A stretch of DNA of 64,000 nucleotides from Octopus bimaculoides (lineage: Eukaryota): assembly GCF_001194135.2 (NCBI RefSeq), contig NC_069005.1, forward strand, positions 9,983,163 through 10,047,162. Reading direction: 5' to 3'. This document shows positions 50,355-63,365 of this stretch, one piece after another. Numbering within the stretch: the stretch's first letter is position 1; each line of letters starts with the position of its first letter. Both the position numbers and the translations under genes were made by a program. The notes under the pieces were generated by a model. It saw only the letters and a list, made by a program, of their open reading frames with translations, was not told the DNA's origin and made no database searches.

Positions 50355-50690
50355 AAGGCGCATGGCTCAGTGGTTAGAGCGTCGAGCTTACGATCGCGAG
50401 ATTGTGAGTTCGAATCCCAGACCGGGCTGCGTGTTGCGTTCTTGAGCAAGACACTTATTCACGTTGCTCCAGTTCACTCAGCTGTAGAAATGAGTTGCGA
50501 CTTCACAGGTGCCAAGCTGTATCAGCCTTTGCCTTTCCCTTGGATAACCTAGGTGGCATGGAGAGGGGAGGCCGGTATGGAAGGGCGACTGCTGGTCTTC
50601 CATCAACAACCTTGTTCGGAATTGTGCCTGGGAGGGTAACTTTCTAGGTGAAATCTCATGGTCAGTCATGACCGAAGGGGGTCTTCCCTC
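50355..50690 (+). mobile_element. SINE family C, tail variant 2, intact Pol III boxes
   Basis: A-box TGGCTCAGTGG, B-box GAGTTCGAATCC, core TTCTTGAGCAAGACACTTATTCACGTTGCTCCAGTTCACTCAGCTG, distinct 3' tail. Confidence 0.85.
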
Positions 50691-51129
50691 TCTCTCTCGC
50701 TATATATATATATATAAATGTGCGTTTAACGGGATATATTATGGATGAAGGTCTTAATTGTCTGTCCTACAGGAACAGTCTTGTGTACGGCTGAACCCTC
50801 CAGTGCCGCACTAAACAAGCTACATTTGTGGGTTGCAATGATTCTCCCGTATAAAATGTTTGATAGGGCCTTACCCTGAGCAAGACAGCGATTACAATTT
50901 GGTGCCAGTATCGTTGCAGCAGAGTTGCCAGAACAAGGTTGCTGACAATATCAAAGTGCCTCAAGTGCTCCAACTCACGATTTTTCTTAAGCGGTTTCTC
51001 CCGAAGACCACCCATGGATATAGCCGCAAGGCTGCGAAGCATTTCCTTTCCCTAGCTGGCTTGACTACTAAAGCTAACGAGCTATATCTGTCCGAGTGAC
51101 TTGTTAATTAACCTATAAGTGGGAACCGA

Positions 51130-51280
51130 AAAGCGTGCAGAGCAACGAAACCGTTCTGCATGCACTCGTGCAGCGTCCGATTATTGTTGACTTGTGGAGT
51201 TACGACGAACAACTGTTATCCCGTGAGGGACGAATTCGACTATCAGCCGAAACCATCGTCAAGATAATCCTATATAAGTG
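51130..51280 (+). pseudogene. L1/Tx1 ORF2 C-terminal fragment (second copy)
   Basis: NETVLHALVQRPIIVDLWSYDEQLLSREGRIRLSAETIVKI aligns with the 16.6-16.8 kb copy. Confidence 0.75.
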
Positions 51281-51496
51281 GGGCTTCTTTTTTGGCCCTG
51301 GTTGAAGTTTCTCCTGTACAAGAAATACTACACTGTTCATATTGTCACATACTTTGAATACTACAACGGGACAAAGTATTCCTGGGAAAAGTACGATCTA
51401 AAACCCGCTTTGACCTTTTCCAAATCTTTGAACTTCTGAACCATGGACCCACAACTGGATACCGATTAAATTCATACTAAGGTTACAAGTTATACA

Positions 51497-51822
51497 TTGG
51501 GTTATCCCATAAATAATACAGTTTTTTTAGACTTCCTTTATTTTTCAAAATTAAGATAACCGATGTTCTTTTTCAATCTAAAATACACACTCCTTAATTT
51601 TCTACAATGCTCATTCATTCATTTATCTGGTAGACTTGCAAGGTCCCTATTCCAAAATTTTCTTCTCAGTGACGGAAAATATTCCTCCAGTACTGTTCTG
51701 GCCTCGTCTACAGGATTCATATTTTTTCTGCCCAAATGATTTTGAAGACTGGGGCAATGTCCGGCGAATATGGTGGATGGAGCATCGTTTCCCATTCAAA
51801 CTGCTCCAGACTTTGCAACGTC
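51497..51822 (-). mobile_element. 3' end of the same mariner family as 44707-45485, with right TIR
   Basis: TTGGGTTATCCCATAAATAATACAGTTTTT TIR; minus-strand LQSLEQFEWETMLHPPYSPDIAP..VDEARTVLEEYF..FWNRDLASLPDK. Confidence 0.9.
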
Positions 51823-51835
51823 AGGTTGCTTTACT

Positions 51836-52236
51836 TTAACCAGTCGAGCATGTCCCTCGGTGGCTGACGATACGTGCATCTCTGATCACGAGCACTAGTG
51901 GGGGAGCATCATAGCCATGTGTTGAGAGGAATTCTTTTGGGTTTGGATAATTCTCCTTTGGAAACATAGGTGTTTTGTTCAACATCCTTAAAAAAACCCT
52001 TATTCAGGGACCTTTTGAGTGGGAAGGGTTACTCGACCTGAAGAAAATTCTAACTGGGCCCCCACCTGCTAGGTCATGCACAGTTGATCTTGATATGAGA
52101 TCGTCATGTCGCGCACATGTGGTTGTGATGCATGTGCCTGGTGTACCCTTATCAGACGGGTAGTCATGATGGGTATACTGGGCTTCGTATATTTTACCCT
52201 AGTATCACTTTGATGGCATGCACTGCTCTCTCACTC

Positions 52237-52238
<2 letters not shown>
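51836..52238 (+). mobile_element. Probable retroposon 3' region (unclassified) ending at (AAT)n
   Basis: GC-richer non-coding block ending CACTGCTCTCTCACTC(AAT)n. Single copy here, so the call rests on recalled octopus repeats only. Confidence 0.4.
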
Positions 52239-52277
<39 letters not shown>

Positions 52278-52278
<1 letters not shown>

Positions 52279-52460
52279 CCGTTCTACTATAGGCACAAGG
52301 TCTAAATATTTTTTGGTGGGGAGGGGACTAGTCGATTACATCGACCCCATTGTTTCACTGGTACTTAATTTATCGACCCTGAAAAGATGAAAGGCAAAGT
52401 TGACCACGGTGGAATTTGAACTCAGAACGTAGCGGCAGACGAAATATCACTAAGCATTTC
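52278..52460 (-). mobile_element. SINE family B copy
   Basis: GGCACAAGG..GACTAGTCGATTACATCGACCCC..GGTACTTAATTTATCGACCCTGAAAAGATGAAAGGCAAAGTTGACC..GAACTCAGAACG. Confidence 0.88.
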
Positions 52461-52554
52461 ATCGGAATACGACATCAACAACGACATTTGTTGCATTGTT
52501 ACACAACGCAACGTGAAGAAACTCGCACTGATTCGTACAAACACACAAATACAC

Positions 52555-52608
<54 letters not shown>

Positions 52609-53204
52609 ATGTATGTATGTTTGTATGTATGTATGTATATCAGATGACTGTGGATAGCGGAGTGAGTGATGAAATTGAATTTTCCCAATCAGAAATGTGA
52701 CATGCCAGCGATCTAATTCACACAATTATAGATTAATCTACTCCCAAACTGATCGTATGGGAATTATACACGTTGAACAATTTGCTTTTATTGATATAAG
52801 ACACGTCCCGAATACATTGTTCATATTTCCCAGTCCTCTTTCATTTCCAAGTCTTATTCCTCGCACTTTCCTTCGTTCTCTGTCGTTCTCTGTCGTTCTC
52901 TGTCACTGTCAGTCTCTCTTGTTGCTTTTCTTTCGTTCTCTGTTTCTTTCACACTCTATCTCTCATTCTCCTTCTCTCTCTCTTTCTATCTCGTTCGTTT
53001 TTTTCTCGCTCTTTATCTCATTCTTCCTTTCTTTCTTCCATTCTCTTTCTTTCTTCCTCCTTTTCTCTTTGAAACACTCATTCGTTCGTCTTCAGTCCTA
53101 TATTCATGAATATGTTTGTGCATGATTTAGACATACGTACATACATACACATTTATATATTTATGTGCGTGTATGTATAAATGCATATGTTTGTATATAT
53201 AATT

Positions 53205-53262
<58 letters not shown>

Positions 53263-53313
53263 ATAAGAAAACAGAGAGAGAGACGGAGTGAGACAATAGA
53301 GAGATAAGGATAA

Positions 53314-53347
<34 letters not shown>

Positions 53348-53350
<3 letters not shown>

Positions 53351-53505
53351 GGCATGGCTGTGTGGTAAGAAGCTTGCTTCCCAACCACATTGTTCCAGAT
53401 TCAGTCACACTGTGTGGCACCTTGGACAAGTTTCTTCTACTATACAACCCGGTCAACGAAGGCTTTGTGACTGGATTTGGTTAACGGAAAAAAGCCCGTT
53501 GTTTA
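53348..53505 (+). mobile_element. SINE family A 5' half
   Basis: GCAGGCATGGCTGTGTGGTAAGAAGCTTGCTTCCCAACCACAT..CACCTTGGACAAG..GGATTTGG; runs into (TA)n and a gap. Confidence 0.88.
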
Positions 53506-54179
53506 TATATATATATATATNNNNNNNNNNNNNNNNNNNNNNNNNNNNNNNNNNNNNNNNNNNNNNNNNNNNNNNNNNNNNNNNNNNNNNNNNNNNNNNN
53601 NNNNNNNNNNNNNNNNNNNNNNNNNNNNNNNNNNNNNNNNNNNNNNNNNNNNNNNNNNNNNNNNNNNNNNNNNNNNNNNNNNNNNNNNNNNNNNNNNNNN
53701 NNNNNNNNNNNNNNNNNNNNNNNNNNNNNNNNNNNNNNNNNNNNNNNNNNNNNNNNNNNNNNNNNNNNNNNNNNNNNNNNNNNNNNNNNNNNNNNNNNNN
53801 NNNNNNNNNNNNNNNNNNNNNNNNNNNNNNNNNNNNNNNNNNNNNNNNNNNNNNNNNNNNNNNNNNNNNNNNNNNNNNNNNNNNNNNNNNNNNNNNNNNN
53901 NNNNNNNNNNNNNNNNNNNNNNNNNNNNNNNNNNNNNNNNNNNNNNNNNNNNNNNNNNNNNNNNNNNNNNNNNNNNNNNNNNNNNNNNNNNNNNNNNNNN
54001 NNNNNNNNNNNNNNNNNNNNNNNNNNNNNNNNNNNNNNNNNNNNNNNNNNNNNNNNNNNNNNNNNNNNNNNNNNNNNNNNNNNNNNNNNNNNNNNNNNNN
54101 NNNNNNNNNNNNNNNNNNNNNNNNNNNNNNNNNNNNNNNNNNNNNNNNNNNNNNNNNNNNNNNNNNNNNNNNNNNNNNN

Positions 54180-54250
<71 letters not shown>

Positions 54251-54656
54251 TACACAAAGTTAAGTATATATATATATATACACATACACACACACATATA
54301 TATAAGTACATATATGTATACACGTAAATATATATACATGTATATATGAGCGCGCGCGTATATATATATATATATATATATATATACGCATATGCACACC
54401 CACATAGAGATGTGGGTGTGCACCTGTGTATGTGTGCGCTTGTCTGTGAATCTATTAATTAATTATCTGTGGGAAAATAATAACAAAGCCAAGTTATTTC
54501 TTACTCCGACAGTGTTGGTAGTAGTTTTAGTGGTAGTAGTGGTGGTGGTGGTGGTGGTAGTTGTGGTGGGTGTAGTGATAGTTGTAGTAGTAGGGATGAT
54601 GCTTGATGCAGCCGCAACTGCAGTTAGGCTAATTGTAGCACAGTAGCAGAAGTGAC

Positions 54657-54721
<65 letters not shown>

Positions 54722-55189
54722 CATACACACACTCGCATATATATATATATATATATATATANNNNNNNNNNNNNNNNNNNNNNNNNNNNNNNNNNNNNNN
54801 NNNNNNNNNNNNNNNNNNNNNNNNNNNNNNNNNNNNNNNNNNNNNNNNNNNNNNNNNNNNNNNNNNNNNNNNNNNNNNNNNNNNNNNNNNNNNNNNNNNN
54901 NNNNNNNNNNNNNNNNNNNNNNNNNNNNNNNNNNNNNNNNNNNNNNNNNNNNNNNNNNNNNNNNNNNNNNNNNNNNNNNNNNNNNNNNNNNNNNNNNNNN
55001 NNNNNNNNNNNNNNNNNNNNNNNNNNNNNNNNNNNNNNNNNNNNNNNNNNNNNNNNNNNNNNNNNNNNNNNNNNNNNNNNNNNNNNNNNNNNNNNNNNNN
55101 NNNNNNNNNNNNNNATACATACATATATATACATACATACATATATATATACATACATACATACATATATACATACATACATACATGTA

Positions 55190-55223
<34 letters not shown>

Positions 55224-55308
55224 CATACATACATATATACATACATATATACATACATACATATATACATACATACATATATACATACATACATATATAC
55301 ATACATAC

Positions 55309-55380
<72 letters not shown>

Positions 55381-55989
55381 GTATATATATTTATATATAT
55401 ATATACATATATTTTATATATATACACATATATATGTCTCGTACTTAATGTACCGTTCTCTTTTGTCCAACCGCTGTTGTAATGGGGTGGGGAGTAAACA
55501 AACCAACACCGGTTGTCACGAAGTAGGTGAGAACAAATATAAACACAATGGCACTCATTTACTGTAGAGGAGATTTGAGCAAAGTGAAAATTAATTATTT
55601 CACTCGAGAACACAACACATCTTATCACACATCCACGCCTGAAGCAAGTCAGTTCAACGTTAACAATACTACCAACTGGCCTAACAGAGTGCCGCATCAT
55701 TTCTCAGCTCAACGGTGTCCGCGCCGCAACCCGTCCCTGAACCAGAACGCATCTCTTTATTCAAGCCATCTGATAAAGATCTGGAACTATATTTATCGGC
55801 TCCTTTCGCCAGGAATAATGGAAAACGCGAAGTTGATCGCTGCAGTATTTGAGCCGAGTAAGAGAACCGAAACAAATGGCGAATTGTTTCGTAAGGCCAA
55901 GGATGTTAGCGCTCTACCGAGCGGTCGTTTATAGAATATATAGGAATAATATCATTCACGATGAAACATGTGATAATAATGGCCTGTAC

Positions 55990-56303
55990 CAATAACTGAA
56001 GTCATCATCGTCGTCATCATCATTCTTGTCATCACTGTCATCATCGCCTTCATCGTCGTCGACTTCATCTCCGGCTTCATTATTGTAATCGCCATCATCA
56101 TCATCGTCGTCGTGGTCCTCCTCCTCCTCATCATCATCATCGTCGTTGTCATCGTCATCATCATCATCATCACCTTCGTTATCTTCATTATAGTCATTGT
56201 CATCTTCCACTCGTTAACATCGTCACAATCATCATCATCATCATCGTCGTCGTCGTCGTCGTCGTCCTCCTCCTCCTCCTCCTCCTCCTCCTCCTCCTCC
56301 TCC

Positions 56304-56345
<42 letters not shown>

Positions 56346-56840
56346 ACTGCAGCAGCAGTACTTCTACCGAAAGCAATAGCGATATCGACACGACTTTTAC
56401 GACTACCATCACTAAAACTAACCCCACCACCACTATCCCCCCACCACTATCCCCCCCACCACTTTCTTTCCTTTCCTCTTCTACTTGACCTTCATCATCA
56501 TCATCACCATCGTCATAATCAGAATCATAGTTACCACCACCACCACCACCACCGCCAACATCATTACCTGTATTGATTTTTATATTTTATATATATATAT
56601 TTTTTTTTGTCCGATTCATTGCAGACATGTCGAATCACGATAGAAAGAATGAATATTGATAATTATAATGATGACGATGACGACGACGACGACGAAGAAG
56701 ATGATGACGATGATGATGACGATGATGATGATGATGATGATGATAGTGACAATGACAGCGATAATGATCATGTTGATGGAAACGATAATAATGATGATGA
56801 TAATAATAATAATAATGATGATGATGATGATGATGATGAC

Positions 56841-56884
<44 letters not shown>

Positions 56885-56900
56885 CAATAGCAACAGCACT
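55990..56900. repeat. Degenerate trinucleotide low-complexity blocks: (CAT/CGT/CCT)n then (GAT/AAT)n
   Basis: Direct reading; source of the poly-D/S/M/N pseudo-ORFs. Confidence 0.9.
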
Positions 56901-57615
56901 AATAATACGAATAACACCAAAGGTGGTGGGTTACAGCACGCATCAAATTCATTGACTACATTAGCAATTCCACTTGTCTACTTTGATCCCTATCAATTCT
57001 CAATCAATTAATAATTTTCATTAAACAAGAACAAGAGGAAGAGCTGATGGAATATTCAAGAAATGGAGAGAAAAGAAGAAAAAAAAAAAGAATACGATAA
57101 AAAGAAAGAAGACATACAAAAAAAAAATGAAACAATTGAATGAAAAGCAGACGACACTTTTGTTTGTATGTGTGGCGGGTTGTGTTGACTGTTAGTTTAT
57201 CAGCCACAGAGAGACAGACAGACAATGGACACGTAGAGACGGAGAGAGCATGCACACAGGAATAGATGCACACATAAACACATGCGTACACACACATGCA
57301 CTCAGACATATGCATGTGAGCAGACACACACAGACACACACACACATACATATACATATATTCATATATATATACATATACATATACATATCTATATATA
57401 TACACACATATATATATATACACATATACCCGCATTCATATACATAATCATAGATACATAAAGACATGCGGAAAGAAGCAGGTGCGTGTGTATATATTTA
57501 TATATATATATATATGTATATATATATGTATGTATGTGTGTGTGTTTATGTTTACATATGTATATATATATATATATGTGTGTGTATATATGTATACATG
57601 TATATATATATGCAT

Positions 57616-57648
<33 letters not shown>

Positions 57649-57762
57649 AATACATATATATATATATATGTATATACATGAATATATAAATACATACATA
57701 TATATGTATATATACATATATGCGTGTGTATGTGTATATATATATATATAAAAATTCATATA

Positions 57763-57817
<55 letters not shown>

Positions 57818-58217
57818 NNNNNNNNNNNNNNNNNNNNNNNNNNNNNNNNNNNNNNNNNNNNNNNNNNNNNNNNNNNNNNNNNNNNNNNNNNNNNNNNNNN
57901 NNNNNNNNNNNNNNNNNNNNNNNNNNNNNNNNNNNNNNNNNNNNNNNNNNNNNNNNNNNNNNNNNNNNNNNNNNNNNNNNNNNNNNNNNNNNNNNNNNNN
58001 NNNNNNNNNNNNNNNNNNNNNNNNNNNNNNNNNNNNNNNNNNNNNNNNNNNNNNNNNNNNNNNNNNNNNNNNNNNNNNNNNNNNNNNNNNNNNNNNNNNN
58101 NNNNNNNNNNNNNNNNNNNNNNNNNNNNNNNNNNNNNNNNNNNNNNNNNNNNNNNNNNNNNNNNNNNNNNNNNNNNNNNNNNNNNNNNNNNNNNNNNNNN
58201 NNNNNNNNNNNNNNNNN

Positions 58218-58248
<31 letters not shown>

Positions 58249-58522
58249 ATATGGATATTATATATGTGTGTGTATTTTTGCATATAAGCATTCATGGGTA
58301 GATACGATTATACACCCATGAATAAACCTAGAGAAACGGAGTTACACGCACATATATACACATCCACTTATGCATGCACAAAGACAAAGCCACATTCATA
58401 CATATGATCGTACACATATGTATGTATATATATATATAATACACCACCTGTCCTCATACTAATATATCCTTTTGTTATTTACACCACCTGTCCTCGTCTG
58501 TTGTTATTATTTGTATATTCTC

Positions 58523-58576
<54 letters not shown>

Positions 58577-58728
58577 GGGGTGCATGCGTATAGACATGCG
58601 CGTATATATACTCATAGAAATACACCTGAGATACCTACATATATAAACCCATACATAAACAAATACACACATAGCCGCACATTTCTGCACGCTTACACAT
58701 TGCGATACATGCATCCACTTGCACAGAC

Positions 58729-58790
<62 letters not shown>

Positions 58791-59204
58791 GTGTGTGTAT
58801 AAACGTATAAACTCATGCACTTATGTATATGCGTTTATGCTTGTATACACTTAGACAAAAATAGGCATACGTGTCATACGCGTTCACATCGACGTATGCA
58901 CGCACACATACATACACACGTACACATAAGTACATACACACAATCATAAACACATATACATACATGCATACATACATGCATACATATATATATATATATA
59001 CGTATATATACACATAGCCATAAACACATATATACATACACTATTCAGACGCATAGATATACACTTACAAATATGTACATAATCATGGATATATGCATAT
59101 ATACACCCATATACATGTATACACATAAACGTTCACATGCATACACACACGTACGCACACACACTCATACACACATAGACACATACATATATATATATAC
59201 ATAG

Positions 59205-59358
59205 AGGCGCAGCGTGGCTGTGTGGTAAGAAGCTTGCTTCCTAACCACATGGTTCCGGGTTCAGTTCCTTAGGCAACTCTCTTATTATAGTCTCGAACCG
59301 ACCAAGGCCTTGTGAGTGGATTTGGTAGATGGAAACTGAAAGAAGCCAGTTGCATATA

Positions 59359-59427
<69 letters not shown>

Positions 59428-59510
59428 TTGTCCTACAATATCGCTTGACAACCGATGCTGGTGTGTTTTCATTCCCACAACGTAGCGGTTTGGCAAAAGA
59501 GTCCGATAGA
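59205..59510 (+). mobile_element. SINE family A, 3' end in gap
   Basis: GGCGCAGCGTGGCTGTGTGGTAAGAAGC..GGAAACTGAAAGAAGCC..(TG)n..ATCGCTTGACAACCGATGCTGG. Confidence 0.88.
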
Positions 59511-61371
59511 NNNNNNNNNNNNNNNNNNNNNNNNNNNNNNNNNNNNNNNNNNNNNNNNNNNNNNNNNNNNNNNNNNNNNNNNNNNNNNNNNNNNNNNNNN
59601 NNNNNNNNNNNNNNNNNNNNNNNNNNNNNNNNNNNNNNNNNNNNNNNNNNNNNNNNNNNNNNNNNNNNNNNNNNNNNNNNNNNNNNNNNNNNNNNNNNNN
59701 NNNNNNNNNNNNNNNNNNNNNNNNNNNNNNNNNNNNNNNNNNNNNNNNNNNNNNNNNNNNNNNNNNNNNNNNNNNNNNNNNNNNNNNNNNNNNNNNNNNN
59801 NNNNNNNNNNNNNNNNNNNNNNNNNNNNNNNNNNNNNNNNNNNNNNNNNNNNNNNNNNNNNNNNNNNNNNNNNNNNNNNNNNNNNNNNNNNNNNNNNNNN
59901 NNNNNNNNNNNNNNNNNNNNNNNNNNNNNNNNNNNNNNNNNNNNNNNNNNNNNNNNNNNNNNNNNNNNNNNNNNNNNNNNNNNNNNNNNNNNNNNNNNNN
60001 NNNNNNNNNNNNNNNNNNNNNNNNNNNNNNNNNNNNNNNNNNNNNNNNNNNNNNNNNNNNNNNNNNNNNNNNNNNNNNNNNNNNNNNNNNNNNNNNNNNN
60101 NNNNNNNNNNNNNNNNNNNNNNNNNNNNNNNNNNNNNNCACGTACACAATACACACTCATACATGCACATACACACAAACACATACACATACACATGTGC
60201 ATACGCATACACACATACACACACATACACATATACACTCATACATACACATACATGCACATTCACACATACACATACACACCTACACACATACACAGAC
60301 ACATACTCTCATACACATACACTTCTTCATACATACATATATATATATATACATACACGCACTTATGTATACATTCACATACTCTAATACACCTACACAC
60401 ATACACACATACGCGTACACACATACACATATACTCATACACTGATACACACATACACATACACTCATACACTGATACACACATACACATACACTCATAC
60501 ACACACACACACACATACACACTCATCACATAGTTATGACTGAATGACTCTCCGAGAGAACGTGTTGTGATGTAAATTTTTCTCTAAACAGAATTCATGA
60601 TTCTCCTCCGCATCCGCTTGAAGTGGCGACTTGGTGGTGGCAATGGTGGTGGTGGTGGTAGTGATGAAGGTGGTGGTGGTGGCAGTTGTGGCGGCGGAGG
60701 CGGCGGAGGTGGTGGTGGTGGTGGTGGTGGCGGTGCAAGTTTTCTTATTGATTGCTATATTTGGTGGTGGTCTTGTCGGCAGCATTTATNNNNNNNNNNN
60801 NNNNNNNNNNNNNNNNNNNNNNNNNNNNNNNNNNNNNNNNNNNNNNNNNNNNNNNNNNNNNNNNNNNNNNNNNNNNNNNNNNNNNNNNNNNNNNNNNNNN
60901 NNNNNNNNNNNNNNNNNNNNNNNNNNNNNNNNNNNNNNNNNNNNNNNNNNNNNNNNNNNNNNNNNNNNNNNNNNNNNNNNNNNNNNNNNNNNNNNNNNNN
61001 NNNNNNNNNNNNNNNNNNNNNNNNNNNNNNNNNNNNNNNNNNNNNNNNNNNNNNNNNNNNNNNNNNNNNNNNNNNNNNNNNNNNNNNNNNNNNNNNNNNN
61101 NNNNNNNNNNNNNNNNNNNNNNNNNNNNNNNNNNNNNNNNNNNNNNNNNNNNNNNNNNNNNNNNNNNNNNNNNNNNNNNNNNNNNNNNNNNNNNNNNNNN
61201 NNNNNNNNNNNNNNNNNNNNNNNNNNNNNNNNNNNNNNNNNNNNNNNNNGTGTTTATTGAGCGAAAACACCTAAAAGCTCCACGAGGCTCCGGCAGGGGA
61301 TGGTGGCGAACCCTGCTGTACTCTTCCACCACAACTTTCTCTCACTCTTACTTCCTATTTCTGTTGTGCCT

Positions 61372-61937
61372 GTAATTCAAAGGATCAGCCATGTCACACG
61401 GTGTCACGCTGAATATCTCCGAGAACTACGTTAAGGGTACACGTGTCTGTGGAGTGCTCAGCCACTTGCACGTTAATTTCACGAGCAGGCTGTTCTGTTG
61501 ATCGGATCAACTGGAACCCTCGACGTCGTAAGCGACGGAGTGCCAACAACAACACGGTTGGTGATAAAAATGGTGGCGATGGTACTATTATTCGTGATAG
61601 ATCTGTGTTCATGGCGGTGTATGGATGTAAAGGTACGTGGCTTAGTGGTTAGGAGATTCGGCTCACGATTATAAGGTCGGGAGTTCGATTCCCAGCAATG
61701 CGTCGTGTCCTTAAGCAAGACACTTTACTTCCCGTTGATTCAGTACCCGCAGCTGGCAAAAATGAGACATACCTGTAATTCAAACGGGACCAGCCTTGTC
61801 ACATTCTGCCACACTGAATCACTCTGAGAGCTACGTTAATAGTATGCGTGTCTGTGGAGTTCTCAGCCACTATCATGTTAATTTCCTGAGCAGGCTGTTC
61901 CATTGAACCCTTGTCATCGTAACCGGCGACGTGCCAC
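61372..61937 (+). mobile_element. SINE family C tail variant 3: tail-only copy (61372-61552) plus full copy (61633-61937)
   Basis: Shared GTAATTCAAA..CAGCC..CTACGTTAA..GTGTCTGTGGAG..CTCAGCCAC..GTTAATTTC..GAGCAGGCTGTTC; head CGTGGCTTAGTGGTTAG..GAGTTCGATTCC. Confidence 0.85.
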
Positions 61938-63262
61938 GGTCGATGGTAATACTGATGGTGGTAGTGGTGGTGGTGGTGGTGGTAGTAGTACCGGTTTTGG
62001 TCTTGGTGTCAGAGTTAGTATGGGTGATGGTGTTGCTTAATCCTGGCGTTGGTGGTGGCGTCGCCGTTTTTGGTAGTGCTGTTATTGTTGTTGGTTGTGG
62101 TCAGTGCCGGATTTAGGACAAATGAGGCCCAGTGTTAGTTAAGTTACGATGCCCCTCACTTGGTGGCCACTTACTCGGCCCCTTTATATTAAAAAGCAAC
62201 ATGTTAAAGCGTTCACATTATTAATTTCACTTTTATAACTTTTAGGAAAAACATTTGGATGCTTGACATTTGAAAAATATATTGTAAAAACGTTTTAGGN
62301 NNNNNNNNNNNNNNNNNNNNNNNNNNNNNNNNNNNNNNNNNNNNNNNNNNNNNNNNNNNNNNNNNNNNNNNNNNNNNNNNNNNNNNNNNNNNNNTTGAGT
62401 GTAAGCACACCTAAACACAATGGTAAATCCGGCACTGGTTGTGGTGTTTGGATTTAGAGATAATATTGGTATTAGAGGGAGGTTCATTATGCTAATATGA
62501 TTAACACAACCGCACTGGTTCATTTCCACTTCTTTATTATTAGTCAATTAGTTAAACATCCAACGAACCAATCGATTGATTAATTTGCTTTGTTTTTGTT
62601 TGTCAACGTGATAGATAACAACGAACGAGCTTTGACAATCGAAAGCAAAGCAAATTAAACAATCGATTAGTTCGTTGGATATTAAGTGGAACTGAACCAG
62701 TGCGTGTGTGTGTTAATAATATTGGCATAATGACAGTCCCTCTACCACTAATATTATCTCTATATCCCAACACCACAACTAACAACAACGATAACAATAA
62801 CAACATTACCATCAATATTGACAGCGCCACAAACACCACCACCAACGCCAATAAGCAACACTATCACTTTGTCGCCCATACCACAATTGTAACACCAATA
62901 CCACAACCAGTACCACCACCAACACCAACACTACCATTGGGCGTGGCACTCCATCGTTTACGACGACGAGTGTTCCAGTTGATCCGATCAACGGAACAGC
63001 CTGCCCGTGAAATTAATGTACAAGTGGCTGAGTACTCCAAAGACATACGTACCCTTAACGTAGTTAGAGGGGAGATCCAGCGTCACCCAGAATCGGACAA
63101 GGCTGACCCTTTGAAAAACAGTTACAACTCATTTTTGCCAGCTGAGGGGACGGAAGCAACGTGAAATCGAGGACAACGTGTTGCTTGGAATCGAACGCAC
63201 AACCTTTTGATCATGAACTGCATAACATAAACACTAAGCTGAGCACCTTCGCAAATAACTGG
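61633..63262. repeat. Old imperfect inverted duplication (about 1.6 kb) centred at about 62619
   Basis: Mirror alignment of 62552-62606 with 62632-62685, 62441-62531 with 62684-62776, and 61940-62101 with 62777-62940, plus SINE C3 copies at symmetric junctions. Confidence 0.75.
62102..62437. mobile_element. hAT-type MITE
   Basis: 14-bp perfect TIR CAGTGCCGGATTTA; 8-bp TSD GTTGTGGT at 62094-62101 and 62438-62445; internal gap 62300-62395. Confidence 0.92.
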
Positions 63263-63365
63263 TTCTCCATCGGTTACGACGACGAAGGTTCCATGGAATT
63301 AATGTTCAAGTGTCTGAGCACTGCACGCACACTTGTACCCTTATCTTGGCATAATGACTCTCCCT
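62941..63365 (-). mobile_element. SINE family C3 full copy (62941-63262) plus tail-only copy (63265-63365)
   Basis: Reverse complement of the 61.4-61.9 kb copies. Confidence 0.8.

Noticed and set aside
50358-50430. tRNA-like sequence with A and B boxes
   Set aside because: It is the head of a SINE: no proper acceptor stem, and it continues into the SINE core. The same applies to the other SINE heads.
50767-51099. Overlapping 79-aa and 91-aa ORFs upstream of the Tx1 fragment
   Set aside because: No motif could be assigned with confidence; probably decayed TE sequence.
55527-55934. 135-aa ORF in GC-richer unique sequence
   Set aside because: Starts in a SINE fragment, has no recognisable domain and no convincing splice context.
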